Notes: a model not told the origin generated them from the sequence alone. A DNA stretch of 32,618 bases from an uncultured Ruminococcus sp. (GCA_964438725.1 CAYTLG010000004.1:1-32618), one strand, 5' to 3'. Positions 12,888 through 21,923 are shown, counted from the stretch's first letter. Made by a program: numbers and translations.

Positions 12888-13649
12888 ATTTATCATTTCA
12901 GGGGTTACAATTCCATCAACTTCAATCGCATCGGGTTCAAGTGCCAGGCAGGCTTTTAAACTTGCATCATCACGTGCCGTCCAGATTCCGACTTCTCCGT
13001 ATTCACGAACCATGTCTGCGGTAGCTTTGTCCGCAGGAGGATATGGCAGCCATGACTTTTTCTCTGACGGGAGCCATGTTGTAAGCTTGTTATTCTTGAG
13101 AACTGAGCGAATACTGTTCATTATTTCACGGCTAACCGGACCGTCGTAATGTATCTCACTGTTCGGGAACTCACTTGCAACTCGTGCGACAAATTCCACT
13201 GACTTACAAGTGAACGAAATGTAATTTTCACCGTTATTCTCGTGAACAAGTGCGATTATTGCATCAATCTGTTCGGATGTGAATGACTCAACGACGTTAT
13301 CAACCTTAACATGAGCCTTATTTTTCTTTGCGAACTCGATAACTTCTGTAAAAAGCGGTATCTTTGTTCCTTTGAATTGTTCATCGAACGCAACACCAAA
13401 ATCAAGCTCCATAGCCTCGGCAAGAGTTATGTCAGCTATCTTTGTTTCGGCAGGAAGTTTGTTTCCGTCCTTGTCTCTGCCTGTGCGGTTGACTGTCCAG
13501 TCATGTAGAAGTACGCATACCTGATCCTTTGTGAACTTCGGGTCAAGCTCTATTATCTGATACTTCTGTTCAACGGCCGCCTCGTATGCTATCATCGTGT
13601 TTTCGGGATGAGTACGGCAAGCTCCTCTGTGTGCCTGTAAACGTATCAT
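12882..13649 (-). CDS. Glycerophosphodiester phosphodiesterase (GDPD) family protein, copy A with canonical motifs
   Basis: AHRG, PENT, IELD, TKD, LLHD, IP.F.EV, IWT; its RBS GAGGTG lies in the 3' end of the upstream paralogue. Confidence 0.88.
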   Translation of the reverse strand: MIRLQAHRGACRTHPENTMIAYEAAVEQKYQIIELDPKFTKDQVCVLLHDWTVNRTGRDKDGNKLPAETKIADITLAEAMELDFGVAFDEQFKGTKIPLFTEVIEFAKKNKAHVKVDNVVESFTSEQIDAIIALVHENNGENYISFTCKSVEFVARVASEFPNSEIHYDGPVSREIMNSIRSVLKNNKLTTWLPSEKKSWLPYPPADKATADMVREYGEVGIWTARDDASLKACLALEPDAIEVDGIVTPEMINK

Positions 13650-14429
13650 TATTTACACCTCTTTTTTATTTATCATTTCCGGAGTTACAATTCCATCAAC
13701 TTCAATTGCATCGGGTTCAAGTGCCAAGCAGGCTTTAAGGCTTTCCTCATCACGTGCAGTCCATACTCCGACATCCCCATATTCATGAACCATTGCAACG
13801 GTCTCTTTGTCCGCAGGAGGATATGGCAGCCATGACTTTTTCTCTGACGGGAGCCATGTTGTAAGCTTGTTATTCTTGAGAACTGAGCGAATACTGTTCA
13901 TTATTTCACGGCTAACCGGACCGTCGTAATGTATCTCACTGTTCGGGAACTCACTTGCAACTCGTGCGACAAATTCCACTGACTTACAAGTGAACGAGAT
14001 GTATTCTTCACCGTTATTTTCGTGAACAAGTGCGATTATTGCATCAATCTGTTCGGTTGTGAATGACTCAACGACGTTATCGACCTTTATGTAAATCTTA
14101 TTTTCTTTTGCAAACTCGATAACCTCGGTGAACAGAGGTATCTTTGTTCCCTTATATTTTTCGTCATATGCAACGCCAAAGTCAAGCTCCATAGCCTCGG
14201 CAAGAGTAAGGTCAGCTATTTTAGTTTCGGCAGGAAGTTTGTTTCCGTCCTTGTCCCTGCCTGTGCGATTAACTGTCCAGTCATGGAGAAGTACGCATAC
14301 CTGATCTTTTGTAAATTTTGGGTCAAGCTCTATTATCTGATATCCCTGCTCAAGTGCAGCTTTATATGCTGGCATCGTGTTTCCGGGATGAGTACGGCAA
14401 GCTCCCTGATGTGCCTGTAAACGTATCAT
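12885..14429. repeat. Tandem gene duplication with a 780-bp period (two GDPD paralogues)
   Basis: Ungapped alignment at offset 780; 13025-13217 is identical to 13805-13997 and the flanks carry scattered substitutions. Confidence 0.95.
13653..14429 (-). CDS. GDPD family protein, copy B with variant motifs (AHQG, PGNT)
   Basis: Paralogue of 12882..13649. Start at ATG 14429 (MIRLQAH, same as copy A) with RBS GGAGG; the longer ORF-track start overlaps the upstream gene. Confidence 0.85.
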   Translation of the reverse strand: MIRLQAHQGACRTHPGNTMPAYKAALEQGYQIIELDPKFTKDQVCVLLHDWTVNRTGRDKDGNKLPAETKIADLTLAEAMELDFGVAYDEKYKGTKIPLFTEVIEFAKENKIYIKVDNVVESFTTEQIDAIIALVHENNGEEYISFTCKSVEFVARVASEFPNSEIHYDGPVSREIMNSIRSVLKNNKLTTWLPSEKKSWLPYPPADKETVAMVHEYGDVGVWTARDEESLKACLALEPDAIEVDGIVTPEMINKKEV

Positions 14430-14448
14430 GATTTTATCCTCCATTTTT

Positions 14449-16944
14449 TCAGTCATGCTCAACGGTAAAGCTGTCATATTCCGGTGCTGTATATGGATGA
14501 GTTTTATTCTGAAGCATCGTCATATGTGTCTTTGCGTTTATTGCATGATAAAGTGAAGTTATTCCTGACGGTGGACAAGTATAATCTCCAAGTCCTGCTA
14601 TGATTTCAGTTTTACATTTTACTCTTGCACCCTGTGATACAGTATCGTAGTAGTCAAGTCCATGTTCCATTTCGGGAATCCAACCTCTTACTCTGCCGCT
14701 TTCACTTCCTCTGAGGTCGCAGAACCACGGAACCCAAGCAACGAGCTTTGTAACATCGCTGTCATGAGCCGCAACTGCTATTGCCTGCATCGCACCCATG
14801 CTGCTTCCGCGTACCGTGACGTTCTTTCCGTCCCAAAGAGATAGAGTTTTACAATATCTTACCGCCTGTAATGCACGGAATATCATATTTTTGAAGTAAA
14901 CAGTATCGGGAGAACGATTTTCTTCTCTGTTAAAGCCGAATGCCTCAAACTCACCTGAGAACAGCTCATTGTAATACTCTGCTTTTTCGCCGTTCTTTAT
15001 ACCATGCTGGTTGAGTGAGAGCTGTATTGCACGATTTTTGTTCGGCACGGGAGCACTTGAAACTCCATAGCCTAAATATTCTACAATTATCGGAAGTTCA
15101 CCCTCTGCCGCATCTCTAGGAAGTCGTAGATATCCCGATACAGGATATTTTCCGGCACAGGTGATTTTCACATCATATACCACATCTCCGGGGTCACCGC
15201 TTGCGAACTCCCTTTGTTCAAGAAGTACGGGCTTTACCGGGTCAAGCTCTGTTGCTATTGCATTTGCCCAGAACTCATCAAAGTCGGCAGGTTCGGTAGA
15301 CTTTTTGCGTATCTCATCGAAGTTTGCACAAGCTCCACCCTCGAAAACATCGCATTCGGGCAGAGGTTCGCCGTTTTCGTCACACGCAGTCACGATAAGA
15401 TGTACATATCCGGCACAGCTGAGGGATGTATGATATACGAGCGTTCCGCCATTCACCACGCCTTCCTCGCAAACTCCGTCATCACCGTTTCTCTTGTATT
15501 TCAGCTGAGGGCAGAACATTGGAACTCCGCCGCAAGTAAGTCGAACATTGAATACAATATCATCTCCGACTTTATAGGAAAGTGCATTATCCGCTCCGCC
15601 TGTGAAATACTTGCGTGCAGGAAGGTTATCAGTAAACAGATATGCTCCGTCACGTCCACAACCGCTCTTTTTGAACCATTCCTCGCATACCGCAGAAATA
15701 TCTATATTTTCTACGTACTCAGCACCGTTTTCACCGCAATCACTCATATAGCTTTCAAAATCGGGGTAGTTTTTGCCGTTGAATCGGTTAAGAAGCTCTT
15801 TATTCGATGTGTAGTATTTATTTGAGTCAAGGTGCATCTGTGCATCGGCATCTGCTGAACAAATTGAGTACATTGCGCCGCCCGTTGCCTCATAGAACAG
15901 ATTGCGTGATATTTTGAAGCCTCCTCCATCAGCAGCCTTGGGAATTCTCCACATGAAAAGGTGATGTCCCATAGGCCGAGGATATATTTCAGAATTACGT
16001 GGCTTTGTATCACCGAACGCTGAGAATCCACCGCCTGCGTAAAGACAGATATTATCCTCGAATACAGAATCAACGAGCATCACGTCACGACCCTCATAAG
16101 CACCCATTCCGTAATTTATGAAAAGGTTATTTCTCATTACGATTTTTGCAGGCTCACATGACAAAGTTCCCTGCTCTGTTATTGCGGAGTCATAGATATT
16201 GTTGAAATAGCAGTCCTCGATAAGGATATTTTCGCCGTATTCCCAGAACTCAATGGCATTACCGAAGCGAATTCTCAATGTATTATTCCAAACCGCACCG
16301 CCTATGAACAGAAATGAACAACGTCTAACCGTCATATCACGGCAGCATCCCGATAAAGCATGAACTCCACTTCCGAAGAAACAAAGATCCTCGCAGACTG
16401 TGTGATTTTTATTCTGAGACAGCAATCTTGCTCCCCAAACTGCACACTCAATGTGAGAATATACCTCTGACGGGTTTCCTTTTGAAAATACGAGAACCTT
16501 ATGCTGAACGTCGTCCTCGCCTTTTCTCTCACGTCTGCCTGCGGTATTATCGAACCAGTCTCCCTGTGATGAGAGATCGTTTTCACTCCAACGAAGTGTC
16601 GCACCGATTCTTCCGTTATCATATATGAAGTTTGCAACCTCATCGTTGAGTTCTTTTGTAAGCTGCCATATATTGGGGCGAACTTCAGTCCAGTTTTCAG
16701 CCGAGCTTACATCGACAGAACCGCAGAACACAGGCTGATTTCCATCTCCGTATGCACCATATGTAACGGGATTTCCGTTTTCACCACTCACACGATCGAG
16801 CGTACCACGTGTAAAGCTGCCTCTCTTGAAAAGGACGAAATCTCCTGCTTTTATCGGAAGGTCTTTATATGAACGTCTTGCAGTTTCGGGCGAAAATCCG
16901 TCGAAGCTGTCATTACCATTATTTGGGTCTATATAGTATTTCAT
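14449..16944 (-). CDS. Fusion protein: N-terminal right-handed beta-helix (pectin lyase-like) domain plus C-terminal CE7/acetyl xylan esterase-like alpha/beta hydrolase
   Basis: N-term YYIDPNNGNDSFDGFSPETA, GDFVLFKRGS, YGAYGDGNQP, Asn-ladder repeats (IEDCYFNN, MRNNLF, FEDNI, ISRNLF). C-term EPADFDEFW, SGYLRLP, YLGYG, GSSMG (Ser), GLGDYTCPPS (Asp), TH (His). RBS AGGAG. Confidence 0.8.
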   Translation of the reverse strand: MKYYIDPNNGNDSFDGFSPETARRSYKDLPIKAGDFVLFKRGSFTRGTLDRVSGENGNPVTYGAYGDGNQPVFCGSVDVSSAENWTEVRPNIWQLTKELNDEVANFIYDNGRIGATLRWSENDLSSQGDWFDNTAGRRERKGEDDVQHKVLVFSKGNPSEVYSHIECAVWGARLLSQNKNHTVCEDLCFFGSGVHALSGCCRDMTVRRCSFLFIGGAVWNNTLRIRFGNAIEFWEYGENILIEDCYFNNIYDSAITEQGTLSCEPAKIVMRNNLFINYGMGAYEGRDVMLVDSVFEDNICLYAGGGFSAFGDTKPRNSEIYPRPMGHHLFMWRIPKAADGGGFKISRNLFYEATGGAMYSICSADADAQMHLDSNKYYTSNKELLNRFNGKNYPDFESYMSDCGENGAEYVENIDISAVCEEWFKKSGCGRDGAYLFTDNLPARKYFTGGADNALSYKVGDDIVFNVRLTCGGVPMFCPQLKYKRNGDDGVCEEGVVNGGTLVYHTSLSCAGYVHLIVTACDENGEPLPECDVFEGGACANFDEIRKKSTEPADFDEFWANAIATELDPVKPVLLEQREFASGDPGDVVYDVKITCAGKYPVSGYLRLPRDAAEGELPIIVEYLGYGVSSAPVPNKNRAIQLSLNQHGIKNGEKAEYYNELFSGEFEAFGFNREENRSPDTVYFKNMIFRALQAVRYCKTLSLWDGKNVTVRGSSMGAMQAIAVAAHDSDVTKLVAWVPWFCDLRGSESGRVRGWIPEMEHGLDYYDTVSQGARVKCKTEIIAGLGDYTCPPSGITSLYHAINAKTHMTMLQNKTHPYTAPEYDSFTVEHD

Positions 16945-16974
16945 ATACCTGCTCCTGTTGTTTATTTTGTATGT

Positions 16975-17003
16975 ATTATATAATATTCACTTGAGTTTGT
17001 CAA
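16975..17003 (-). promoter_or_regulatory. Consensus SigA promoter for the fusion-GDPD-GDPD operon
   Basis: Minus strand TTGACA-17 bp-TATAAT. Confidence 0.8.
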
Positions 17004-17010
17004 TTAATTG

Positions 17011-17039
17011 TTGACTTTTCCCGCTATTTGTTATATAAT
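17011..17039 (+). promoter_or_regulatory. SigA promoter for the GH43-like gene
   Basis: TTGACT-17 bp-TATAAT. Confidence 0.75.
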
Positions 17040-17069
17040 CTCCAAAAACATATATGTGAGGAATCAGCT

Positions 17070-17960
17070 ATGATGTTCACCGACAAAAGATACGGCAACG
17101 ACTTTTCAAAGGACCCCTGCGTTGTTGCATACAAAGGAAAATACTACCTCTATTACTCAATTTGGACTAACGACAAAAAAACTCTCGGCATAGGAATAGC
17201 TCAGTCAAGCGACATGGACAACTGGGACATAGTAGGCGAGATACCTCTGACACAGGAATGTGAAAAGAAAGGTATCGGTGCCCCAGGAGCTATCGTTTAC
17301 AACGGAGTTATTCACCTTTTCTATCAAACCTATGGAAACTGGGAAAACGACAAGATATGTCACGCTGTATCAACTGACGGTGTGAATTTTATAAAGGATG
17401 AAAGCAATCCTATATTCTCACCCTCGAATACATGGTGCTGTGGTCGTGCTATTGATGCGGACGTTATAGCATTTGGAGGCAGACTCTACCTTTATTATGC
17501 AACACGTGACCATGCAATGAAAATTCAGAAGGTCGGAGTTGCTTCTGCTCCTCTTGACAGTGATTTTTCACATGATACATGGCGTGAGGAACTTCTTCAG
17601 TCCGCTCTTGCACCTGAGTTCAAATATGAGGGAGAGTGCATCGAAGCTCCCGCAACATTTGTATCAGGCGGTCGTGTATTCATGTTCTACGGCGGTTCGT
17701 ACAACTGCACACCTCAGCAGATAGGGCTTGCTGTTTCATCAGATGCTGTCCATTTTGACAAGGTTTCAGCCGAACCGTTCCTCCCGTGCGGAAAACCAGG
17801 TGACTGGAATGCCAGTGAATCGGGACATCCCTATGCCTTTGTTGACGATAACGGACAGATATATCTCTTCTATCAGGGTTCGCCCGATGGCGGAAAGAGC
17901 TGGTACATTACAAAGACACGTCTTGAAATGAAAAACGGACTCCCCGTTATTGCCGAATAA
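17070..17960 (+). CDS. Five-bladed beta-propeller glycoside hydrolase (GH43-like)
   Basis: Five blade repeats: KDPCVVAYKGKYYLYY, APGAIVYNGVIHLFY, IDADVIAFGGRLYLYY, IEAPATFVSGGRVFMFY, GHPYAFVDDNGQIYLFY. D/D/E catalytic candidates present. Start at ATG 17070 after GAGGA. Confidence 0.82.
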   Translation: MMFTDKRYGNDFSKDPCVVAYKGKYYLYYSIWTNDKKTLGIGIAQSSDMDNWDIVGEIPLTQECEKKGIGAPGAIVYNGVIHLFYQTYGNWENDKICHAVSTDGVNFIKDESNPIFSPSNTWCCGRAIDADVIAFGGRLYLYYATRDHAMKIQKVGVASAPLDSDFSHDTWREELLQSALAPEFKYEGECIEAPATFVSGGRVFMFYGGSYNCTPQQIGLAVSSDAVHFDKVSAEPFLPCGKPGDWNASESGHPYAFVDDNGQIYLFYQGSPDGGKSWYITKTRLEMKNGLPVIAE

Positions 17961-17962
17961 AA

Positions 17963-18826
17963 TCAATACTCCTTTGGCATACAGCCTACATACTGCTTGA
18001 ATTTGCGATAAAACGAAGAAAGTGTAGTATATCCTACCTCCTCTGCTATACTCGACACACTTCTTTTACTTTCAGAACGAAGTAATGCACAGGCGTAGTT
18101 TATTCTACATCTATGGAGATACTCAAGCGGAGAATACCCGAGTACGGAAAGAAACAACCTTCTCATATGACCCTCGCTGAGATGGCACATTTCCGCTAGC
18201 TCGGGTACTTTTATATCCTCGTAATAATGGCTCATCATGTACAAAATAGCAGGCATTATCGGCTCTCCCGAAAGCTCAGTCGTTCCTCTTTCATCATTTT
18301 TTAAGGGAGAACGGCTCATAAGGAGAAGCATTTTACTGATAAGCAGGCGACACATATAGGCATAATCACGTGATTTTTCGTTGTTTTCCTTGACCAAAGC
18401 GATAATTATATCACGATAATCAATGTTATCCTCACCGATGAATATTCCGCCGTGGATGTTTTTGTCATTTTTTATGCCATTGTACAGTTCAAGTGTGTGT
18501 GTCATTTCTTCTGAAAACATTGCATCCATGTCGATGTTCATGAAATACCATTCCGTAGCTTCAAATGAGGCACTTTGAGCAATATGACGCTCTCCCGGAA
18601 ATATAACGGAGATATCACCGCTTCTGAACGGATAAATACTGTTTTCAACAAAGAATATTCCGCTTCCTTTCACACAATACCCAAGCTCAAGCTGTCCGTG
18701 TGCGTGTATCGGAGGAGATTTCGTCTCAAGATGATTTTTAAAAACAATCATCGGAATCTCATCGGAAAGCTTCTCGTTATATCGGTTTACTTTATTAAGC
18801 CATTCGTCACGTGTTTGTTTTTGCAT
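17963..18826 (-). CDS. AraC family transcriptional regulator with cupin-type sensor domain
   Basis: N-term HAHGQLELGY..GSG and PGERH; C-term double HTH LAEMCHLSEGHMRRLF ... IAEEVGYTTLSSFYRKFKQYVGCMP; RBS AAGGAGG. Confidence 0.95.
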   Translation of the reverse strand: MQKQTRDEWLNKVNRYNEKLSDEIPMIVFKNHLETKSPPIHAHGQLELGYCVKGSGIFFVENSIYPFRSGDISVIFPGERHIAQSASFEATEWYFMNIDMDAMFSEEMTHTLELYNGIKNDKNIHGGIFIGEDNIDYRDIIIALVKENNEKSRDYAYMCRLLISKMLLLMSRSPLKNDERGTTELSGEPIMPAILYMMSHYYEDIKVPELAEMCHLSEGHMRRLFLSVLGYSPLEYLHRCRINYACALLRSESKRSVSSIAEEVGYTTLSSFYRKFKQYVGCMPKEY

Positions 18827-18859
18827 ATCATTATCCTCCTTACTGTTAGTATTACTTGA

Positions 18860-18888
18860 ATTATACTACATATTTATGCTGCTTTCAA
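18860..18888 (-). promoter_or_regulatory. SigA promoter for the AraC regulator
   Basis: Minus strand TTGAAA-17 bp-TATAAT. Confidence 0.65.
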
Positions 18889-18965
18889 CCGCAATTCAGG
18901 CAATATCATAATTTTCACAAAAATGCTAATGTTCGAAACTGCAAAGGTCATGTTTGTTTTTGACA

Positions 18966-18994
18966 TTGTAATTGCACCTATGCTGTGCTATAAT
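18966..18994 (+). promoter_or_regulatory. SigA promoter for the ARH-SBP operon
   Basis: TTGTAA-17 bp-TATAAT with TG extension; a TTGACA at 18960 is too far away (23 bp spacer). Confidence 0.6.
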
Positions 18995-19038
18995 CGAATT
19001 GTAAAATTCTACAAATATATTTGTAAGGAGATTTAACT

Positions 19039-20421
19039 ATGGCAGGCTGGACCAGTTTAAAATGGCTCGTTAGAGAAGAAATCAATCAGAAGCGTGAAGA
19101 AGGCTGTGACGTAAACGGCTTTATCGAACTCTGGGAAGAAGCAGGAGACACCGAAAGCAAACTCATGAGCGTATACGAAAAGCTCAGTGAACTCAAGCCT
19201 TCTGTTGACTACAAGTACAACGAACCCAACGAATACGAAGATATCATCAAGCTCGCAGACAGAAATGTTCCCGCAAAGACACTCGACTACGAAAGCGATG
19301 AAACAAAGGACAAGTTCTACGGTGCATGGCTCGGAAGAAGTGCAGGTTGTGCATTAGGTAAACCGTTTGAAACCCATCCCTTCACAGGCGGTACAAAGGA
19401 AAAAAGCGGTGCCTCATTTGTAAAGCAGTGGTACGAGGGTGCCGGAGAATGGCCTATCAAGGGTTATGCTCCTGAAAATTCAACTGCACGTGACAGTGAG
19501 GACAAGCTCTGGATAGGTTGCTCCCTCAGCCATCGTGAAAACATCAAGTACATGGAAACAGACGACGACATTCGCTACATGGTTCTCGCTCTCCTCATCA
19601 CAGAGGGTAAGGGCAAGGATTTCGACCAGTGGGATGTTGGTAAGTATTGGCATTCCTACCTTACATACAGCGACGTATGCACAGCAGAAACACAGGCTTA
19701 CCTCAATTTCGCACATCAGACAGCACATATGATAGGAAAGCCGTCTGACCCTGCTGAAGTAAAAAAGGCTATTGAATATACAAGAAACTATCTCAACCCC
19801 TACCGTGAATGGATCGGTGCTCAGATCAGAATCGACATCTACGCATACGCAGCAGCAGGTGACCCCGAACTCGCAGCAAAGATGGCATTCATGGATTCTT
19901 CATTCTCACACATCAAGAACGGTATCTACGGTGCAATGTACACAGCAGGTGTTATCGCAGCGGCATTTACCGAAAAGGAACCTATGAAGTGTATCGAAGC
20001 AGGTCTTGCTCAGATTCCGAGAACCTCTAGAACCTATGAAGCTATTGTACATGCTATAAAGCACACAGAATCCTCCAACACAATGGAAGAAATGCAGGAA
20101 AAAATCTGGAACGAACACAAGGGCTACGACTGGGTTCACACTATCCCCAACGCTGCTATGTGTACAGGTGCGTTCCTCTGGTCTGAGGGTGAATTTGAAA
20201 AGGGTATCGTTGCCGCAGTTTCCGGTGGTCTTGACACAGACTGTAACGGTGCTACTGTTGGCTCTATGGTCGGTGCAATGAACGGTGCAAAGAAGATCCC
20301 CGACACATGGAAAGCTCCTCTTAACGACACAATGTACTCACGTATCCACGGCTTCCACCCCATCGCAATCTCCGAATGTGCAAGAAGAACTCTCGAATGT
20401 GCAAGGAAGATAAGAGGTTAA
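19039..20421 (+). CDS. ADP-ribosylglycohydrolase (ARH/DraG) family protein with N-terminal extension
   Basis: KFYGAWLGRSAGCALGKPFE, ETDDD, WIGAQIR.D, SH.KNGIYGA, GLDTDCNGATVGS..GA, IP..W are characteristic ARH-fold motifs; RBS AAGGAG. Confidence 0.9.
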   Translation: MAGWTSLKWLVREEINQKREEGCDVNGFIELWEEAGDTESKLMSVYEKLSELKPSVDYKYNEPNEYEDIIKLADRNVPAKTLDYESDETKDKFYGAWLGRSAGCALGKPFETHPFTGGTKEKSGASFVKQWYEGAGEWPIKGYAPENSTARDSEDKLWIGCSLSHRENIKYMETDDDIRYMVLALLITEGKGKDFDQWDVGKYWHSYLTYSDVCTAETQAYLNFAHQTAHMIGKPSDPAEVKKAIEYTRNYLNPYREWIGAQIRIDIYAYAAAGDPELAAKMAFMDSSFSHIKNGIYGAMYTAGVIAAAFTEKEPMKCIEAGLAQIPRTSRTYEAIVHAIKHTESSNTMEEMQEKIWNEHKGYDWVHTIPNAAMCTGAFLWSEGEFEKGIVAAVSGGLDTDCNGATVGSMVGAMNGAKKIPDTWKAPLNDTMYSRIHGFHPIAISECARRTLECARKIRG

Positions 20422-20429
20422 TTTAGATA

Positions 20430-21923
20430 ATGAAAAGAATATTATGCCTGCTTATAACTTCCGCTCTTTTACTTACAACATTTGCAGGCTGTTCAAGCGG
20501 TGACACAAACAGCAACAACTCCACCGGAACAAAGGGCAACACTTCCTCTGAATCTAACACTTCCGAGTCCGAGACAGAAGCTGAAACTGAGCCTGACTAT
20601 TTAGCACACCTCGCCGGAAAATCATTTGGTGATATAGAATTCCGTGTTCTCGCCAATGGTGCGGGTGCAGGAGAATGGGAAGGTCACGAAATTGAAGCTG
20701 AAGAACTGACCGGAGACCTTATAAACGATGCTGTATACGAAAGAAACGCTATAATTCGTGACAACTACGGCGTAAACATCGTAAGCGTTAAGTCCACAGG
20801 AATCTGTACCGATGATTTCCGTCAGGCTGTAAAGGCAAGCTCAAATGACTACGACATGGGTCTTGTTTATGCAAACGGTGCTATTCCGCTTTCACTTGAG
20901 GGTGGACTTTATGACCTCAAAGCACTTCCGAATGTTCAACTCGATGCTGCCTATTTCGACCAGAACTCAAACGAAACTCTGACGCTCGAAAATCATCTTT
21001 ACGTATCCTACGGTGACATGAATATGCAGAACATCGACCTTGCATGGTGTGTAATGTTCAACAAGCAGATTGCGGCAGACAATGCTCTTCCGAATATGTA
21101 TGAGATAGTTGAAAAGGGTGAATGGAATTTCGATACTCTTGCAACTCTTTCCAAGAACAATCTTCGTGACCTCGACGGTGATGGTAAGATAACTGAATCC
21201 GACAGCTTAGGTCTTGTAACTCCTTATGACAGAACCTGTCTTGCGTTCATGTTCGGCTCCGACATTGAATTCATTGATAAGGATGCAAACGACTCTCCCG
21301 TATACAATTCTCTCGGTGACAAGGTTTACTCCGTATACGACAAGGTACTTGCACTCTACAATGATGACTCCTGTATGAACGTATACAATATCACAAACTC
21401 ATGGCGTGGCTCTGAGAATATGTTCATGGAAAACCGTATTCTGTTCTATGTTGAATGTATGCAGAACCTCTCTCGTTTCCGTGACATGGAAGTAGACTTC
21501 GGTGTGCTTCCCATGCCAAAGTACGACAAGGCTCAGGAGAAATATCGCAGCATGGTTTGCGACTTTGCCTCCGCTACTGTAATACCATCATACTGTCAGA
21601 ACACAGAGCTTGCAGGATTTGTTCTTGATGCGCTCAACGCAACCTCACACAATACAGTACGTTACGCTTACGTTGAAAAAGCACTCAAGTACAAAAACTC
21701 CCGTGACGAAGAATCACTCACATCTATCAACATAATCCTCGACTCCATGTACTACGACCCCACATATCTCTACGGTTGGGGCGGCCTCACTACAACTATC
21801 GGCTCACTTGCAACTGCACAGAGCGACTCCCTCGCTTCATCTCTCAAGAGACTTGATAAGAAGATGCAGTCCACTATAACAAAGTATCTCGAAAGATATC
21901 ACGAGATTCTCGCAGCTAACTGA
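20430..21923 (+). CDS. Extracellular solute-binding lipoprotein (ABC sugar-binding type)
   Basis: Signal peptide with lipobox FAGC, S/T/N/E-rich linker, DLINDAVYERN, MFNK, GEW, DLDGDGKITESD, FGVLPMPKYD; starts 8 bp after the ARH stop. Confidence 0.88.
   Translation: MKRILCLLITSALLLTTFAGCSSGDTNSNNSTGTKGNTSSESNTSESETEAETEPDYLAHLAGKSFGDIEFRVLANGAGAGEWEGHEIEAEELTGDLINDAVYERNAIIRDNYGVNIVSVKSTGICTDDFRQAVKASSNDYDMGLVYANGAIPLSLEGGLYDLKALPNVQLDAAYFDQNSNETLTLENHLYVSYGDMNMQNIDLAWCVMFNKQIAADNALPNMYEIVEKGEWNFDTLATLSKNNLRDLDGDGKITESDSLGLVTPYDRTCLAFMFGSDIEFIDKDANDSPVYNSLGDKVYSVYDKVLALYNDDSCMNVYNITNSWRGSENMFMENRILFYVECMQNLSRFRDMEVDFGVLPMPKYDKAQEKYRSMVCDFASATVIPSYCQNTELAGFVLDALNATSHNTVRYAYVEKALKYKNSRDEESLTSINIILDSMYYDPTYLYGWGGLTTTIGSLATAQSDSLASSLKRLDKKMQSTITKYLERYHEILAAN

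Noticed and set aside
19039-20421. ARH as DraG nitrogenase regulator, antitoxin or anti-phage defence component
   Set aside because: No DraT, nif, ADP-ribosyltransferase toxin or defence genes in the window; the context is sugar catabolism.
20500-20600. Low-complexity S/T/N/E-rich stretch
   Set aside because: Ordinary flexible linker after a lipoprotein Cys.
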